A stretch of 64,000 bases of DNA, from assembly GCA_016191345.1 (NCBI GenBank), contig JACPOU010000001.1, positions 339-64,338 of the forward strand, read 5' to 3'. Below are positions 44,029 through 57,224 of the stretch, piece after piece. Under the pieces are notes generated by a model that searched no databases, was not told the origin of the DNA, and saw nothing but the letters and a program-made list of their open reading frames with translations. The stretch's first letter is position 1; each line of letters starts with the position of its first letter. The DNA is from Chloroflexota bacterium. Its GTDB lineage: Bacteria; Chloroflexota; Limnocylindria; Limnocylindrales; CSP1-4. A program made the translations under genes and the position numbers.

Positions 44029-45753
44029 ATGCCCAAGGGTGCTGACGCAATCGCCCGCTTTCTCGACGACCAGGGCGTCGATTGTGTCTACGAACTTGTC
44101 GGCGGGATGATCGTCCACCTTCTGGACTCGATCCACCTGGCCGGGACGACGCGGATCGTCAGCATGCATCACGAGCAGGGTGCCGCGTTCGCCGCCGAAG
44201 GCCACGCCCGAATGTCCGGGGTCCCTGGGGTCGCGATGGCCACCAGCGGGCCTGGTGCGACGAACCTGCTCACGGGGATCGCGAGCTGCTTTTTCGACTC
44301 GACCCCGGCGGTCTTCATCACCGGACAGGTCAACCGTCACGAAATGAAGGGCGACCGCGCGATCCGCCAGATGGGCTTCCAGGAGACCGACATCGTGGCG
44401 GTGGCGGCTCCAGTCACAAAGGCCGCTTGGCGGGTCGAGACGCCGGAGCAGCTTGTCCCGATGCTCCAACGATCCTTCGAGCTGGCTCTCAGCGGCCGCC
44501 CGGGCCCCGTCCTGCTCGATGTGCCGATGGACATTCAGCGAGCAGATGTGCCATTCGCCCAGGACAGGCAGCGCGTGAAGCCGGTGCCCGGGCCCGGCGT
44601 GGACCGGTCGCAGCTGGACGAACTCGTCGAGGCCATTCGGAGCGCTGAGCGGCCACTTGTTCTGGTAGGCGGCGGGATCCGATCCTCTCGCTCGACGAAC
44701 CAGATCCGCGATCTCCTGAGCGCCTTGGGCGCTCCGGTCGTGAACTCCCTCATGGGGGTCGACGTTCTGCCCTTCGCAAACGACCTTCGAGTCGGCATGA
44801 TCGGAGCCTATGGCAATCGATGGGCGAACCTTGCGATCGGCCGAGCGGACTTCCTGCTCGTCCTTGGAAGCCGCTTGGACATTCGGCAGACGGGATCCGA
44901 GACGGAGGCCTTCAAGGGGGATCGAGTGATCTTCCAGGTCGACTGTGAGCCTGGTGAGATGAACAACCGGGTCACGGGCTGCACCACGATCTTGGCCGAC
45001 CTCAGGGACTTTGCCGAAGCGGCTCTCCCTGTCGCGGTCGCATGCGATCTGCCCGATCGAACCGTGTGGATCGATGAGATTCAGGCACTTCGGAGAGCGT
45101 GGCCCGACACCGAGGAACTGTCGGCCTCCCCTGGGATCAATCCGAACACCCTGATGCACCAGCTCTCGTCGGTGTCGGGGAGCGCAACGGCCTTCGTCAC
45201 CGATGTCGGCCAGCATCAGATGTGGGCCGCCCAGTCGCTCGAGTTGGGCCACGACCAGCGTTTCCTCACGTCCGGTGGGCTCGGCTCTATGGGATTTGGA
45301 CTCCCGGCCGCGATCGGCGCGGCCCTCGCCGCCAAGGGCGGCCCGATCGTGCTCGTTGCCGGCGATGGAGGATTCCAGACCAATATCCAGGAACTTGAGA
45401 CCGTCGCCCGGAACCAGCTTCCGGTCAAGATTCTGCTGGTGAACAACCGCTCACACGGAATGGTGCGGCAGTTCCAGCAGACCTACTTCGACAGTCGCTA
45501 TCAGTCGACGGTGTGGGGCTACAGCGCGCCCGACTTCGTCGCTGTCGCTTCCGCATATCGGATCCCCGCCAGGGCCATCGAAGCCGAGCACGACGTGTAC
45601 GAGGCCTTGGAGTGGCTTCTGTCGACGCCTGGTCCGGCGCTGCTGGACGTGACGATCTCCATGGACGCCAATGCCTACCCGAAGATCGCCTTCGGGCGAC
45701 CCATCACGGAGATGGAGCCGTTCGCCACGCCCATCGGAATGGAATCCACGTAA
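44029..45753 (+). CDS. Thiamine-diphosphate-dependent enzyme, acetolactate-synthase-large-subunit-like (YerE-like candidate)
   Basis: Three-domain ALS-type architecture: an N-terminal Pyr domain (HEQGAAFAAEGHARMSG...TSGPGATNL), a central domain, and a C-terminal PP domain with GLGSMGFGLPAAIGA...GDGGFQ...N. Confidence 0.85.
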   Translation: MPKGADAIARFLDDQGVDCVYELVGGMIVHLLDSIHLAGTTRIVSMHHEQGAAFAAEGHARMSGVPGVAMATSGPGATNLLTGIASCFFDSTPAVFITGQVNRHEMKGDRAIRQMGFQETDIVAVAAPVTKAAWRVETPEQLVPMLQRSFELALSGRPGPVLLDVPMDIQRADVPFAQDRQRVKPVPGPGVDRSQLDELVEAIRSAERPLVLVGGGIRSSRSTNQIRDLLSALGAPVVNSLMGVDVLPFANDLRVGMIGAYGNRWANLAIGRADFLLVLGSRLDIRQTGSETEAFKGDRVIFQVDCEPGEMNNRVTGCTTILADLRDFAEAALPVAVACDLPDRTVWIDEIQALRRAWPDTEELSASPGINPNTLMHQLSSVSGSATAFVTDVGQHQMWAAQSLELGHDQRFLTSGGLGSMGFGLPAAIGAALAAKGGPIVLVAGDGGFQTNIQELETVARNQLPVKILLVNNRSHGMVRQFQQTYFDSRYQSTVWGYSAPDFVAVASAYRIPARAIEAEHDVYEALEWLLSTPGPALLDVTISMDANAYPKIAFGRPITEMEPFATPIGMEST

Positions 45754-45802
45754 GCGACGATCGAGAAGACAAATATGCTGACCGGGGCGGCGAGCCGACG
45801 GC

Positions 45803-46888
45803 TTACTGGTCTCGACTGAGCGGCTGCCGTTGGATGAGGCCCCGAGCGTAGAGCGACTGGCACGTGCGGGCAAGTGCTTCACGGAGCCCGACGCGGGGGG
45901 CGTAGACCTCGTACATGCGGCCCAGATCTGGTACGTAATTGCGGGCCGGATCGCCATGCGCGCTTCGCTCGACCTCGAGCCCGCCAAAGATGCTCGCCAG
46001 GAGGTCTGCGACCTCGTCGATGCTCGCGGTGCCCTCGCGACATCCCACGTTGAAGACGTCGTAGGGAGTTTCAGACAGGAGCAGGTTGATAAGGAAGACG
46101 GCGAGATCCGTCGCGTAGCAGTAGCTACGTCGCGCTCCTCCACCGGTAGTCCTCAGTCGCCCGTTCCCGTCCGCCTGCCGAATGAGGTCGGGCACGGCGA
46201 AGCTGCTCCCGAGATCCTGATACGGACCGACCAAGGAGAAGACGCGGGCGATCCGATAGTCCAAACCGCTCAACCGGACCAGGAGTTCCGATGACCGCTT
46301 CGCCTCGCCGTAGGCAGAGCGCGGCGTGGAGATGTCGGGCGCGCCCTGATAGGTCTCGGGCAGGGCGGCCAGGTCCGCTGGCTGGTCGCCGTAGACAGCT
46401 CCGCTGCTGATGAACAGGACGCGACCCGGATCCGACGCCCTCGCGATGTCCACGACCGATGCAGTCATGCCAACCGACTCACGATAGGCGCGTCCCGGGT
46501 CCATTGAGATCCGTGCCGGGTCGGTGGGAGCTGCGCCATGGATCACATAGTCCCAGTGGCGACCCTGGAGGCTGCTCGTCAGCACCTCGGACCCCGCCAC
46601 CACGACGATCTCGTGCGCGTCCACTTGACGCCGGTATCGCGACATCAGCAAGTCGGGTTGGCGAGACGGGATCGTCAGGATGCATGGAGCCATACCGCTG
46701 AGTTCGTTGAAACGGATCACGCTTTCGACCAGGTAGCGTCCGACGAAACCGCTGCCCCCGGTCAGCAGCAGCTGCGACCCGGAGAGCTTGCGCATCAAGT
46801 CGCCGCACGTCGCAACGATACTGTCGAGGTCCTCGAGGATGACTTCATCTGGACGATCTCGTCGGTCCGTCGGAGCCCGACCATTCAT
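45803..46888 (-). CDS. Extended-SDR NAD-dependent epimerase/dehydratase/reductase
   Basis: Contains [10 protein letters not shown] and the catalytic YGEAK. Its ATG overlaps the rfbH stop (ATGA). Confidence 0.75.
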   Translation of the reverse strand: MNGRAPTDRRDRPDEVILEDLDSIVATCGDLMRKLSGSQLLLTGGSGFVGRYLVESVIRFNELSGMAPCILTIPSRQPDLLMSRYRRQVDAHEIVVVAGSEVLTSSLQGRHWDYVIHGAAPTDPARISMDPGRAYRESVGMTASVVDIARASDPGRVLFISSGAVYGDQPADLAALPETYQGAPDISTPRSAYGEAKRSSELLVRLSGLDYRIARVFSLVGPYQDLGSSFAVPDLIRQADGNGRLRTTGGGARRSYCYATDLAVFLINLLLSETPYDVFNVGCREGTASIDEVADLLASIFGGLEVERSAHGDPARNYVPDLGRMYEVYAPRVGLREALARTCQSLYARGLIQRQPLSRDQ

Positions 46889-48270
46889 GCCCTGGGTCTC
46901 GGCCCTCGCCTCGCGGGGGCGATCCTGGCCCCGACGTCAAGGACGTTGACCTCCCTCCGCCGCGTGGCCTCTCGCATCTCGCTGGCGACGTAGTCGAGCA
47001 TCGGGGCGTCCAGTCCAGGAAAGACACCCACCCAGAAGGTGTTGTTCATGATGACGTCCGCGACACGCAGGTCTCCCACGACGCGAGAGGGGACCGAGGC
47101 GTACGCCGGCTGCCGGGTGAGGTTCCCCCCGAAGAGGAGCCTCGTCTTGATGCCGCGCGACTCGAGCCAGGCGATCACACCGGCGCGGCTGATTCCCACT
47201 CCTTCTCGCACCGTGATCGGGAATCCGAACCAGCTTGGATCGCTGCCCGGAGTCGCCTCGGGGAGGATGAGCTCATCTTCGAGAGGCTCGAGGGCAGCGC
47301 GCAGATAGCTGAAGTTCGTCCGCCGTCGCGCGACGAAATCGTCGAGCTTCTTGAGTTGAGCGATTCCGACCGCAGCCTGCATGTCCGTGAGCTTGAGGTT
47401 GTAGCCGATTCGACTGTACGAGTACTTGTGGTCGTAGCCATGTGGCAGCGTGCCGAGCTGCCAGTCGAAGCGCTTCCCGCAGGTATCGTCGTCACCGGGC
47501 TCGCACCAGCAGTCCCGCCCCCAGTCGCGGAAGGACTCGATGATCTTCTTGAGCGGAGGGCTGCCCGTCAGGACCGCCCCGCCCTCGCCCATGGTCATAT
47601 GGTGGGCCGGATAGAAGCTCACGGTAGACACGTCGCCGAACGTTCCCACCTTCCGGCCACGCCACGTCGATCCCACCGCGTCGCAGGTGTCCTCGACGAG
47701 CCACAGCCCGTGCTTCTCCGCGATCGCCTTGACTCGATCCAGATCGAAGGGATTGCCCAGGGTGTGAGCGAGCATGATCGCCCGCGTTCGCGGTCCCACC
47801 GCGGCCTCGATCGCGTCCGGGTCGGCGTTATACGTGGGTATGACGGAGTCGACGAAGACCGGAACGAGCCGGTTCTGGATGATCGGGTTTACGGTGGTGG
47901 GAAACCCCGCGGCGGCGGTGATCACCTCGTCCCCGGGCTTGAGCGCGCGAGCTCCAAGTTCCCCGTCGGTCAAGGTCGTCAAGGCGAGCAGGTTGGCGCT
48001 GGACCCACTGTTGACCAGGATCGCGTGACGGACGCCGATCCACCGGGCAAACTCTCGCTCGAACTGTGCCGCAAACCGCCCGGTGGTGAGCCAGAAATCG
48101 AGCGAAGCGTCGACGAGATGCTGCATCTCGTCCTCGTCGAATACCTTGCCTGAGACCGGCACGGGGGTTTCGCCGGGCCGGAAGCCCGTCCCGGCAAACG
48201 CAGCGGAGTGGTATTCGGCCACGAGGCGCAGGATCTGCGCCCGAAGCTCCGTCGCGGTCTCGCTAGCCAT
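46885..48270 (-). CDS. rfbH: CDP-6-deoxy-L-threo-D-glycero-4-hexulose-3-dehydrase (E1; RfbH/DdhC-like)
   Basis: DegT/DnrJ-fold protein with [13 protein letters not shown], where His replaces the Schiff-base Lys. It also has the E1-specific [17 protein letters not shown] (C-x-C-x7-C) Fe-S motif. Confidence 0.85.
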   Translation of the reverse strand: MASETATELRAQILRLVAEYHSAAFAGTGFRPGETPVPVSGKVFDEDEMQHLVDASLDFWLTTGRFAAQFEREFARWIGVRHAILVNSGSSANLLALTTLTDGELGARALKPGDEVITAAAGFPTTVNPIIQNRLVPVFVDSVIPTYNADPDAIEAAVGPRTRAIMLAHTLGNPFDLDRVKAIAEKHGLWLVEDTCDAVGSTWRGRKVGTFGDVSTVSFYPAHHMTMGEGGAVLTGSPPLKKIIESFRDWGRDCWCEPGDDDTCGKRFDWQLGTLPHGYDHKYSYSRIGYNLKLTDMQAAVGIAQLKKLDDFVARRRTNFSYLRAALEPLEDELILPEATPGSDPSWFGFPITVREGVGISRAGVIAWLESRGIKTRLLFGGNLTRQPAYASVPSRVVGDLRVADVIMNNTFWVGVFPGLDAPMLDYVASEMREATRRREVNVLDVGARIAPARRGPRPRA

Positions 48271-48288
48271 CGGCGAGGCGATCCCGCG

Positions 48289-49269
48289 TCACCCGAGCAC
48301 CGCTCGATACCAGGCAGCCGTGCGGTCAAGGCCCTGAGGGAGCGTCAGGCGCGGCATCCAACCAAGCCGGCGCCTCGCCTTCGACGAGTCAAGCCACTGA
48401 GCGGGGATTTCATTCGGAGCGTCGGACTGGATGATTGGCGCAAGATCAGCTCGGCCCATTGCCCTGCCGATCTCCTCCACGATCTGGAGTACCGCGATCG
48501 GCCGGTCGTTTCCGAAGTTGAATGCCTCGCCGCCTTCGCGCCCGGCGACGAGCGCCGCGCCGAGCGCGAGATATGCCTCGACCGCATCGTCCACGTGCAG
48601 GTAGTCGCGCTGCAGTGTGCCGTCGCTGCGGATGACCGGTGGCTCGCCGAGGATCAGCGACCGGATCGTCCCTGGAACGATCCGGTCCCAGTTGAGATCG
48701 CCACCTCCGTAGATGTTTGCGCAGCGGGCGATGGCGATCGGAAGGCCATAGCTGTTCGCGTAGGCCGAGGCCATCAGGTCAGCCATGCTCTTCGAGGCGT
48801 CGTAGATGTTGCGGCCGGCGAGTGGGTGCTCTTCGGTGTAGGGGAGTACGGCACTTTCACCGTAGGCCTTGTCACTTGAGGCGACCACTGTGGACTGGAT
48901 GGGCCGCGCACATCGGCGAACGGCCTCGAGGAGGTTGTACGTGCCGCGAACATTCGCTTCAAGGGTCGCCCATGGCTGGCGCTGGGCGTGGCGGACCTGC
49001 GTCTGGGCACCCAGATGGAAGATGACATCCACCTCGTATTGCGCCAGGATCCGTTCAAGCAGGACGACGTCCTCGAGCGCTCCATGAACCCGGGTGATTC
49101 GCCGGTCGTCGCCGCTCCGGACGAGCTCGGAGCGCGGATCCTCGTCGCGAATCAGGGCGACAACGTGGGCCCCTTGGGCGAGAAGGCTGCGGACAAGCCA
49201 GGATCCAACGATTCCGCTCGCCCCGGTGACGAACGTGGTCCGGCCATCGAAGGCACGGAGGTCAGTCAT
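48289..49269 (-). CDS. rfbG: CDP-glucose 4,6-dehydratase-like extended SDR
   Basis: Contains VTGASGIVGSWL and YDASK. The assignment relies partly on its position between rfbF (8-nt overlap) and rfbH. Confidence 0.7.
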   Translation of the reverse strand: MTDLRAFDGRTTFVTGASGIVGSWLVRSLLAQGAHVVALIRDEDPRSELVRSGDDRRITRVHGALEDVVLLERILAQYEVDVIFHLGAQTQVRHAQRQPWATLEANVRGTYNLLEAVRRCARPIQSTVVASSDKAYGESAVLPYTEEHPLAGRNIYDASKSMADLMASAYANSYGLPIAIARCANIYGGGDLNWDRIVPGTIRSLILGEPPVIRSDGTLQRDYLHVDDAVEAYLALGAALVAGREGGEAFNFGNDRPIAVLQIVEEIGRAMGRADLAPIIQSDAPNEIPAQWLDSSKARRRLGWMPRLTLPQGLDRTAAWYRAVLG

Positions 49270-50068
49270 CCCACATCTTCCACGGTGCGATCCCTTCGTC
49301 CCAAAGCCGCATCAGGTTGGTCCTGTCACGCTCCGTGTCCATCGGCTCCCAGAATCCGTGGTGGCGGTACGCCATCAGCTGCCCATCGCGCGCCAGGCGC
49401 TCCAAGGGCTCGCGCTCCAGGACCGTGCTGTCGTCGCTAAGGTACCTGAGCACCTCGTGCTCGAACACCATGAAGCCACCGTTGATCCATCCGCCTTCTG
49501 CCTGGGGTTTCTCGGCGAATTCGACCACTCGATCTCCTTCGATGCCCAGCGCCCCGAACCGGGAAGGTGGTCGAACCGCCGTTACGGTCGCCAGGCGACC
49601 GTGCGCTTCATGGAACGCCATGACGCGGTCGATCGGCACGTCGGCGACGCCGTCGCCGTATGTGACCATGAAGCGCCCTGGCAAGTAGCGCTCAAGCCGT
49701 CGGATTCGGCCGCCAGTCATCGTGTCGGGCCCCGTGTCGACGACCGTGACGCGCCATGACTCCGGCGGGCTGTCGTGCCTGAGAAGCGTCCCGGAGCGGG
49801 TCTCGACGGTGAAGTCGGCGTGGCGGTCGGCGTAGGACAGGAAGTACGCCTTGATCATGTCTCCGAGGTACCCGACGGGCAACACGAAGCGCTGGAATCC
49901 GAAGTGGTCGTAGAGCTTCATGATGTGCCAGAGGAGGGGCCGTCCACCGACTTCAACCATCGGCTTCGGGCGAAACGCAGTCTCCTCGCGGAGCCGAGTG
50001 CCGAGCCCGCCGGCGAGGATCACAACCGGGATCGTGCCATCGGGGTCGGTCACCGTGCGCGCGTCCAT
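49262..50068 (-). CDS. rfbF: Glucose-1-phosphate cytidylyltransferase
   Basis: VVILAGGLGTRLREETAFRPKPMVEVGGRPLLWHIMKLY resembles RfbF/DdhA throughout. Confidence 0.88.
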   Translation of the reverse strand: MDARTVTDPDGTIPVVILAGGLGTRLREETAFRPKPMVEVGGRPLLWHIMKLYDHFGFQRFVLPVGYLGDMIKAYFLSYADRHADFTVETRSGTLLRHDSPPESWRVTVVDTGPDTMTGGRIRRLERYLPGRFMVTYGDGVADVPIDRVMAFHEAHGRLATVTAVRPPSRFGALGIEGDRVVEFAEKPQAEGGWINGGFMVFEHEVLRYLSDDSTVLEREPLERLARDGQLMAYRHHGFWEPMDTERDRTNLMRLWDEGIAPWKMWDD

Positions 50069-50158
50069 CCGCTCCTGAGGGCGTCTCCGGTGGCCCCCGA
50101 ACGCCTCTCAACCCGCCCATCGAGCCCCGTGTCAAGGTTTCCCATCTGCAGGCGTCTC

Positions 50159-51415
50159 CTACGTATTGCTCCACCGAAGTATCGGTGCGACCGCGCCCGG
50201 GCGTCCGCCCAGGAGTGGTGATCCCCCTGGATCGCGGTCCACTTCGAAGGACACGACGCTGTCGCCGTTCACGATCCAGCGCACGTTGTGGATGCTGATT
50301 CGTGGCATGACCAGGTAGCGGCCGTCATTCAGGAGCCAGGGCGGGAGGGTGCAATCGATGGAGTTCCTGCCCCTCTTTAGGTCCGGCCACGCCTCCCGGC
50401 TCGCATCCGTCTGGTAGGAGCGGAGGACGACGCCCCCATCGCTGCTGACCAGATCAAATCCGATGCACAGTGCTGGATCGACTTCCGCCAGGTCGAATTC
50501 GAACCGTAAGCGGAGCGGGGCCTTCGTGGTGACGTGAATCGCAGGCTCGCCGTCTTCTCCCAGAACCGCAACGCGGACGAGGCGTACCCCGGCATCGCCG
50601 GGTCCCTCCCCGGGCTCCCATGTCGCAATCGCCACCGTATCCGCCTGCTGGCTCACGTAGTCGGCAACGACGGCTGCCGCATCTCCAGCGTTGACGACCC
50701 GACCAGCATCGATCTCGACTGCTGTTCGGCAGAGGCTCCGAATCGCTTGCATGTTGTGGCTCACGAGCAGGACGGTGCGTCCTCCGCCCGCGACCTCTTC
50801 CATCTTGCCCAGGCACTTCTTCTGGAACTCAGCGTCACCAACGGACAGGACTTCGTCCACGATGAGGACTTCCGGATTGAGGTGCGCCGCCACCGCAAAG
50901 GCCAGGCGAACGTACATTCCACTCGAGTAGTGCTTGACCGGCGTGTCCAGGAACCGGCCTACGCCGGAGAACTCGACGATTTCATCGAAACTACGTTTGA
51001 TCTCAATTCGCGTCATGCCGAGAATGGCGCCGTTCAACTGGATGTTCTCCCGGCCCGTGAGCTCGGCATGGAAGCCGGTGCCGACCTCGAGCAGGCTCGC
51101 GACCCGACCGTGTATCTCGACGTGGCCCTCTGTGGGTTCCGTGATGTGGGAGAGCACCTTCAGAAGCGTGGACTTCCCGGCTCCGTTCCGGCCGATGATG
51201 CCGAGGACCTCACCCTGATTGACCTCGAGATCCACGTCCCTGAGGGCCCAAAGCTCCTCGGAGGCATCAGTCGCTGCGCCGGGGTGGCGCAATCGTTCGA
51301 GTGGCCGGCGTGCCGCCTTGGCGATGGTGTCGCGGAGCGTGCGGTATTGCTCACGCTGGGCACCAATGTGGTACTTCTTGCCGAGGCCGACCGTCCGCAG
51401 GGCAACATCGCTCAT
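50159..51415 (-). CDS. wzt: Polysaccharide ABC-transporter ATP-binding protein (Wzt/TagH-like) with a C-terminal glycan-binding-type extension
   Basis: Walker A is GRNGAGKST, the signature region is YSSGM, and Walker B is LIVDEVLSVGD. About 165 extra C-terminal residues are rich in beta-strand pattern. Confidence 0.88.
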   Translation of the reverse strand: MSDVALRTVGLGKKYHIGAQREQYRTLRDTIAKAARRPLERLRHPGAATDASEELWALRDVDLEVNQGEVLGIIGRNGAGKSTLLKVLSHITEPTEGHVEIHGRVASLLEVGTGFHAELTGRENIQLNGAILGMTRIEIKRSFDEIVEFSGVGRFLDTPVKHYSSGMYVRLAFAVAAHLNPEVLIVDEVLSVGDAEFQKKCLGKMEEVAGGGRTVLLVSHNMQAIRSLCRTAVEIDAGRVVNAGDAAAVVADYVSQQADTVAIATWEPGEGPGDAGVRLVRVAVLGEDGEPAIHVTTKAPLRLRFEFDLAEVDPALCIGFDLVSSDGGVVLRSYQTDASREAWPDLKRGRNSIDCTLPPWLLNDGRYLVMPRISIHNVRWIVNGDSVVSFEVDRDPGGSPLLGGRPGAVAPILRWSNT

Positions 51416-51418
51416 CTG

Positions 51419-54227
<2,809 letters not shown>

Positions 54228-54297
54228 CGGATGCTGGTCCTGTGGTGCGGCATGCGGGGAAGGATAGGCCAGCCCCGATCAGCGCGCGGCTCTGCGC

Positions 54298-55707
54298 TCA
54301 GCGGCCACTCCTCCCGATCATTGCCGGGATGGTCCGGGCCATGATCTTCATGTCCAGCCAGAACGACCACCGGTCGATGTACTCAAGATCCGCCGCGACC
54401 CAGCGGTCGAAGTCCTGCTCGTCGCGAGCCCTCACCTGCCACAGCCCAGTGATGCCGGGCTTCATCGACAGTCGCCGCCGGTGCCAGACGTCATAGCCGG
54501 CGACCTCGGACGGAAGTGGTGGCCGGGGCCCGACGAGGCTCATCGAGCCGGCGAGCACGTTCCAGAGCTGCGGCAACTCGTCGAGGGACGTGCGACGGAG
54601 CCAGCGTCCGACGTGGGTGATCCGCGGGTCATTCGTGATCTTGAAGGCATGGCCGCGGATCTCGTTCTGGTGGAGCAGGTCGTCCAGCTGCTCCTCCGCG
54701 CCGTCCACCATGGTCCGGAACTTGACGACCTCGAAGGTCCGACCGTGAAGTCCCACCCGTGTCTGGCGGAACATGATCGGTCCGCGCGAGTCACGACGGA
54801 TGAGGATGGCGATCACGAGGGCGAACGGCGCCGCGACGATGAGCCCGAGCGTCGCCCCGACGACGTCGATGGCTCGCTTGGCGATCATCCCGACGACGCG
54901 GTCCGGGCCCGACACGATCGAGTAGATCGGGACACCGGCGAATTCCTCGACGCGCCCGGTGGCGAGCGTGTGCTCCAGGTGGTACATCGGGATCCGGACG
55001 ATCTTGCCCTCCTCCTCGCACAGGCGGGCGATGTCGTCGATTCGGGACCACTGGCTGACCGGGAGGCAGATGGCCACCTCGTCGACGACCTGGCTGTGCA
55101 GGACGTGCTCGATGTTTCCGAGGGTCCCGAGGATCGGCCGGGAGGCAACCGAGGGTTCAGGCCCGCCGGGGTCGAGATGCCCGATCGCACGCAGTCCGAG
55201 CGCGTGATGCGAATCGACGAGATCCGCGAAGGCCTCGGCCCAGGCGTTGACGCCGACGATCAGGAGGAAGCGGGTGTTCCGGCCGCGCTCGCGAAGGCGC
55301 CAGAGGACCCAGCGCAGGAGGAGCCGCGTTGCCTGGGCGGTCACCGCCAGGGCCGGGAAGACCAGGAGCAGGACCTGCCGGCTGACGTCGGGGAGCTTGA
55401 GGAGGAACAGGAGGCTGAGCAGTCCGGCGGCGAAGATGAGCGCGGCTCGGACCACGTCCACCAGCTCGCTCGTAGCCCGAAGCCGCGCCCTGGGCCGGTA
55501 GAGGCCCTGGCTCCACAGGGCGACGGGCCACGCGGTCGCGTAGACGACCAGGGCAAGGACGGGATTCGGAAGGCCCAGGAAGAGCGGGTCGAACGGCTGC
55601 AGGGTGCCGTAGCGGATCACCCCGGCGATCGCGAGAATGGCGATGGCCGACGTCCCATCGATCACGGCGAGGAGCAGCCGGAGCGCGGTGGCGTAGCGTC
55701 TGATCAC
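54298..55707 (-). CDS. Polyprenyl-phosphate glycosylphosphotransferase (WbaP/WcaJ-type bacterial sugar transferase), priming enzyme
   Basis: N-terminal TM helices, a central domain, and a C-terminal catalytic domain with RRDSRGPIMFRQTRVG...FEVVKFRTM...DELPQLWNVL...SLVGPRP. Confidence 0.88.
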   Translation of the reverse strand: MIRRYATALRLLLAVIDGTSAIAILAIAGVIRYGTLQPFDPLFLGLPNPVLALVVYATAWPVALWSQGLYRPRARLRATSELVDVVRAALIFAAGLLSLLFLLKLPDVSRQVLLLVFPALAVTAQATRLLLRWVLWRLRERGRNTRFLLIVGVNAWAEAFADLVDSHHALGLRAIGHLDPGGPEPSVASRPILGTLGNIEHVLHSQVVDEVAICLPVSQWSRIDDIARLCEEEGKIVRIPMYHLEHTLATGRVEEFAGVPIYSIVSGPDRVVGMIAKRAIDVVGATLGLIVAAPFALVIAILIRRDSRGPIMFRQTRVGLHGRTFEVVKFRTMVDGAEEQLDDLLHQNEIRGHAFKITNDPRITHVGRWLRRTSLDELPQLWNVLAGSMSLVGPRPPLPSEVAGYDVWHRRRLSMKPGITGLWQVRARDEQDFDRWVAADLEYIDRWSFWLDMKIMARTIPAMIGRSGR

Positions 55708-55817
55708 GGTGCGCCGCTATCCCTCAGCCTCACGAGTCGCCGCCTGGTGCGCCCTCCAGCTGGGGTCATTCTACCGTTGACGCAACCCGGAGCGAGGACC
55801 GGGGCCGCGGGCCCTTG

Positions 55818-55826
55818 TGCTAGACT
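55818..55826 (+). promoter_or_regulatory. Putative extended -10 element TGCTAGACT upstream of the LCP gene
   Basis: It shows the TGn-TAnnnT pattern, 9 nt upstream of the annotated TTG start at 55836. This suggests a leaderless or very short-leader transcript. Confidence 0.3.
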
Positions 55827-55835
55827 CGCGCCGCC

Positions 55836-57224
55836 TTGACGACCTCGACCACGCTCGAGGCCACGCGTCGCCCAGCGGTGGCCGCCTTCCTCTCGTTTCT
55901 CTTCCCCGGCCTCGGCCAGCTTGCCGCCGGTCGCCGGCGCGCGGCCGCGGTCTTTGCCGTCCCGACGCTCCTCATCCTGCTCTACATCGCCGCCCGGCTC
56001 GTCGGCCGCCTGGACGTGGCCGCGATCACGATGCTGGACCCGGCGTTCGCGGCGTTCGTGTTCTTCGCGGTCGTCGCACTGGCCGGGTGGCGGGCCATCG
56101 CCGTGGTGGACGCCTGGCGGCAATCGCCGGTGCCCCCAGCGCCGCCGGCGCCGCCACCGGCCCGCCGGGCCCAGGGCGTCCTCGCCGGGCTGCTCATCGC
56201 GATCCTCCTGAGCCACGGGCTCGTCGGGTACTACGCCTGGGCGTTCTACGACGCCGGCTCCACGATCTTCGGCGTCGGCCCGGATCCCACGGCATCGCCG
56301 ATGGTCCCGACGCCGTCACCGGACCCGCAGGCGACCCCGGGCGAGCCGACCGCGACCCCCGTCGCGACACCGCCGCCCAGCGACCGGATCTCCATCCTGC
56401 TCACCGGCGTGGATTCGTCGCCGAACCGGACCACCGCCAACACGGACACGATGCTCGTGATCAGCGCGAGCCCGTCGAAGGGGACCGTCGCGATGATCAG
56501 CGTCCCGCGCGACATCGCCCAGTTCCCGTTCTATCTTGGGGGCACGTACAACGACAAGTTGAATTCGTTGCAGGCGGCGGCCCGGAACAACCCGAAGAAG
56601 TACCCGGATGGGCCGCTGACCCTCGCAAAGCAGCTCGAATTCCTGCTGGGAATCCCCATCCAGTACACGGCCTCGGTCAACCTCGCCGGCTTCGAGCGGA
56701 TGATCGACCTCGTGGGTGGCGTCGACGTCCAGGTGGAGCGCTCCATCACCGACCCGACCTACGACTGGTTCGACGGGACGTACGGGTTCTTCCTGAAAGC
56801 CGGCAAGCGCCACCTCGACGGCCGGACGGCCCTCGCCTATGTCCGCAGCCGCATGGGCGCCGGGGACAATGACTTCACCCGGGCGGCCCGCCAGCAGCAG
56901 CTCCTGGTCGCGGTCAAGGGCAAGCTCACCGACCCGGGCGTCCTCGCCAAGCTGCCCGAGCTGCTCAAGGTCGCGAGCCGGACGGTCACCACGAACGTCC
57001 CACCCGAGAAGGCGCGCGAGTACCTCCAGCTCGCGGGGACCATCGACGAGTCGAACATCAGCCGCTTCGTCCTGGGGCCGCCCTACGCGGTCCACCCGCC
57101 GACGAACACGACCGGCGGCATCTACATCCTCCGCCTGGACCTCGCCAAGGTCGCGGCCCTCTCGGTGGAGCTCTTCGGCAGCGACAGCCGGTACTTTGGT
57201 CCTGTGGCCTCGCCCTCGCCCTAG
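55836..57224 (+). CDS. LCP (LytR-CpsA-Psr) family glycopolymer-peptidoglycan ligase
   Basis: An N-terminal TM region is followed by ILLTGVDS...NTDTMLVIS..., VSVPRD and YVRSR...DFTRAARQQQLL. The TTG start is uncertain. Confidence 0.85.
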   Translation: MTTSTTLEATRRPAVAAFLSFLFPGLGQLAAGRRRAAAVFAVPTLLILLYIAARLVGRLDVAAITMLDPAFAAFVFFAVVALAGWRAIAVVDAWRQSPVPPAPPAPPPARRAQGVLAGLLIAILLSHGLVGYYAWAFYDAGSTIFGVGPDPTASPMVPTPSPDPQATPGEPTATPVATPPPSDRISILLTGVDSSPNRTTANTDTMLVISASPSKGTVAMISVPRDIAQFPFYLGGTYNDKLNSLQAAARNNPKKYPDGPLTLAKQLEFLLGIPIQYTASVNLAGFERMIDLVGGVDVQVERSITDPTYDWFDGTYGFFLKAGKRHLDGRTALAYVRSRMGAGDNDFTRAARQQQLLVAVKGKLTDPGVLAKLPELLKVASRTVTTNVPPEKAREYLQLAGTIDESNISRFVLGPPYAVHPPTNTTGGIYILRLDLAKVAALSVELFGSDSRYFGPVASPSP

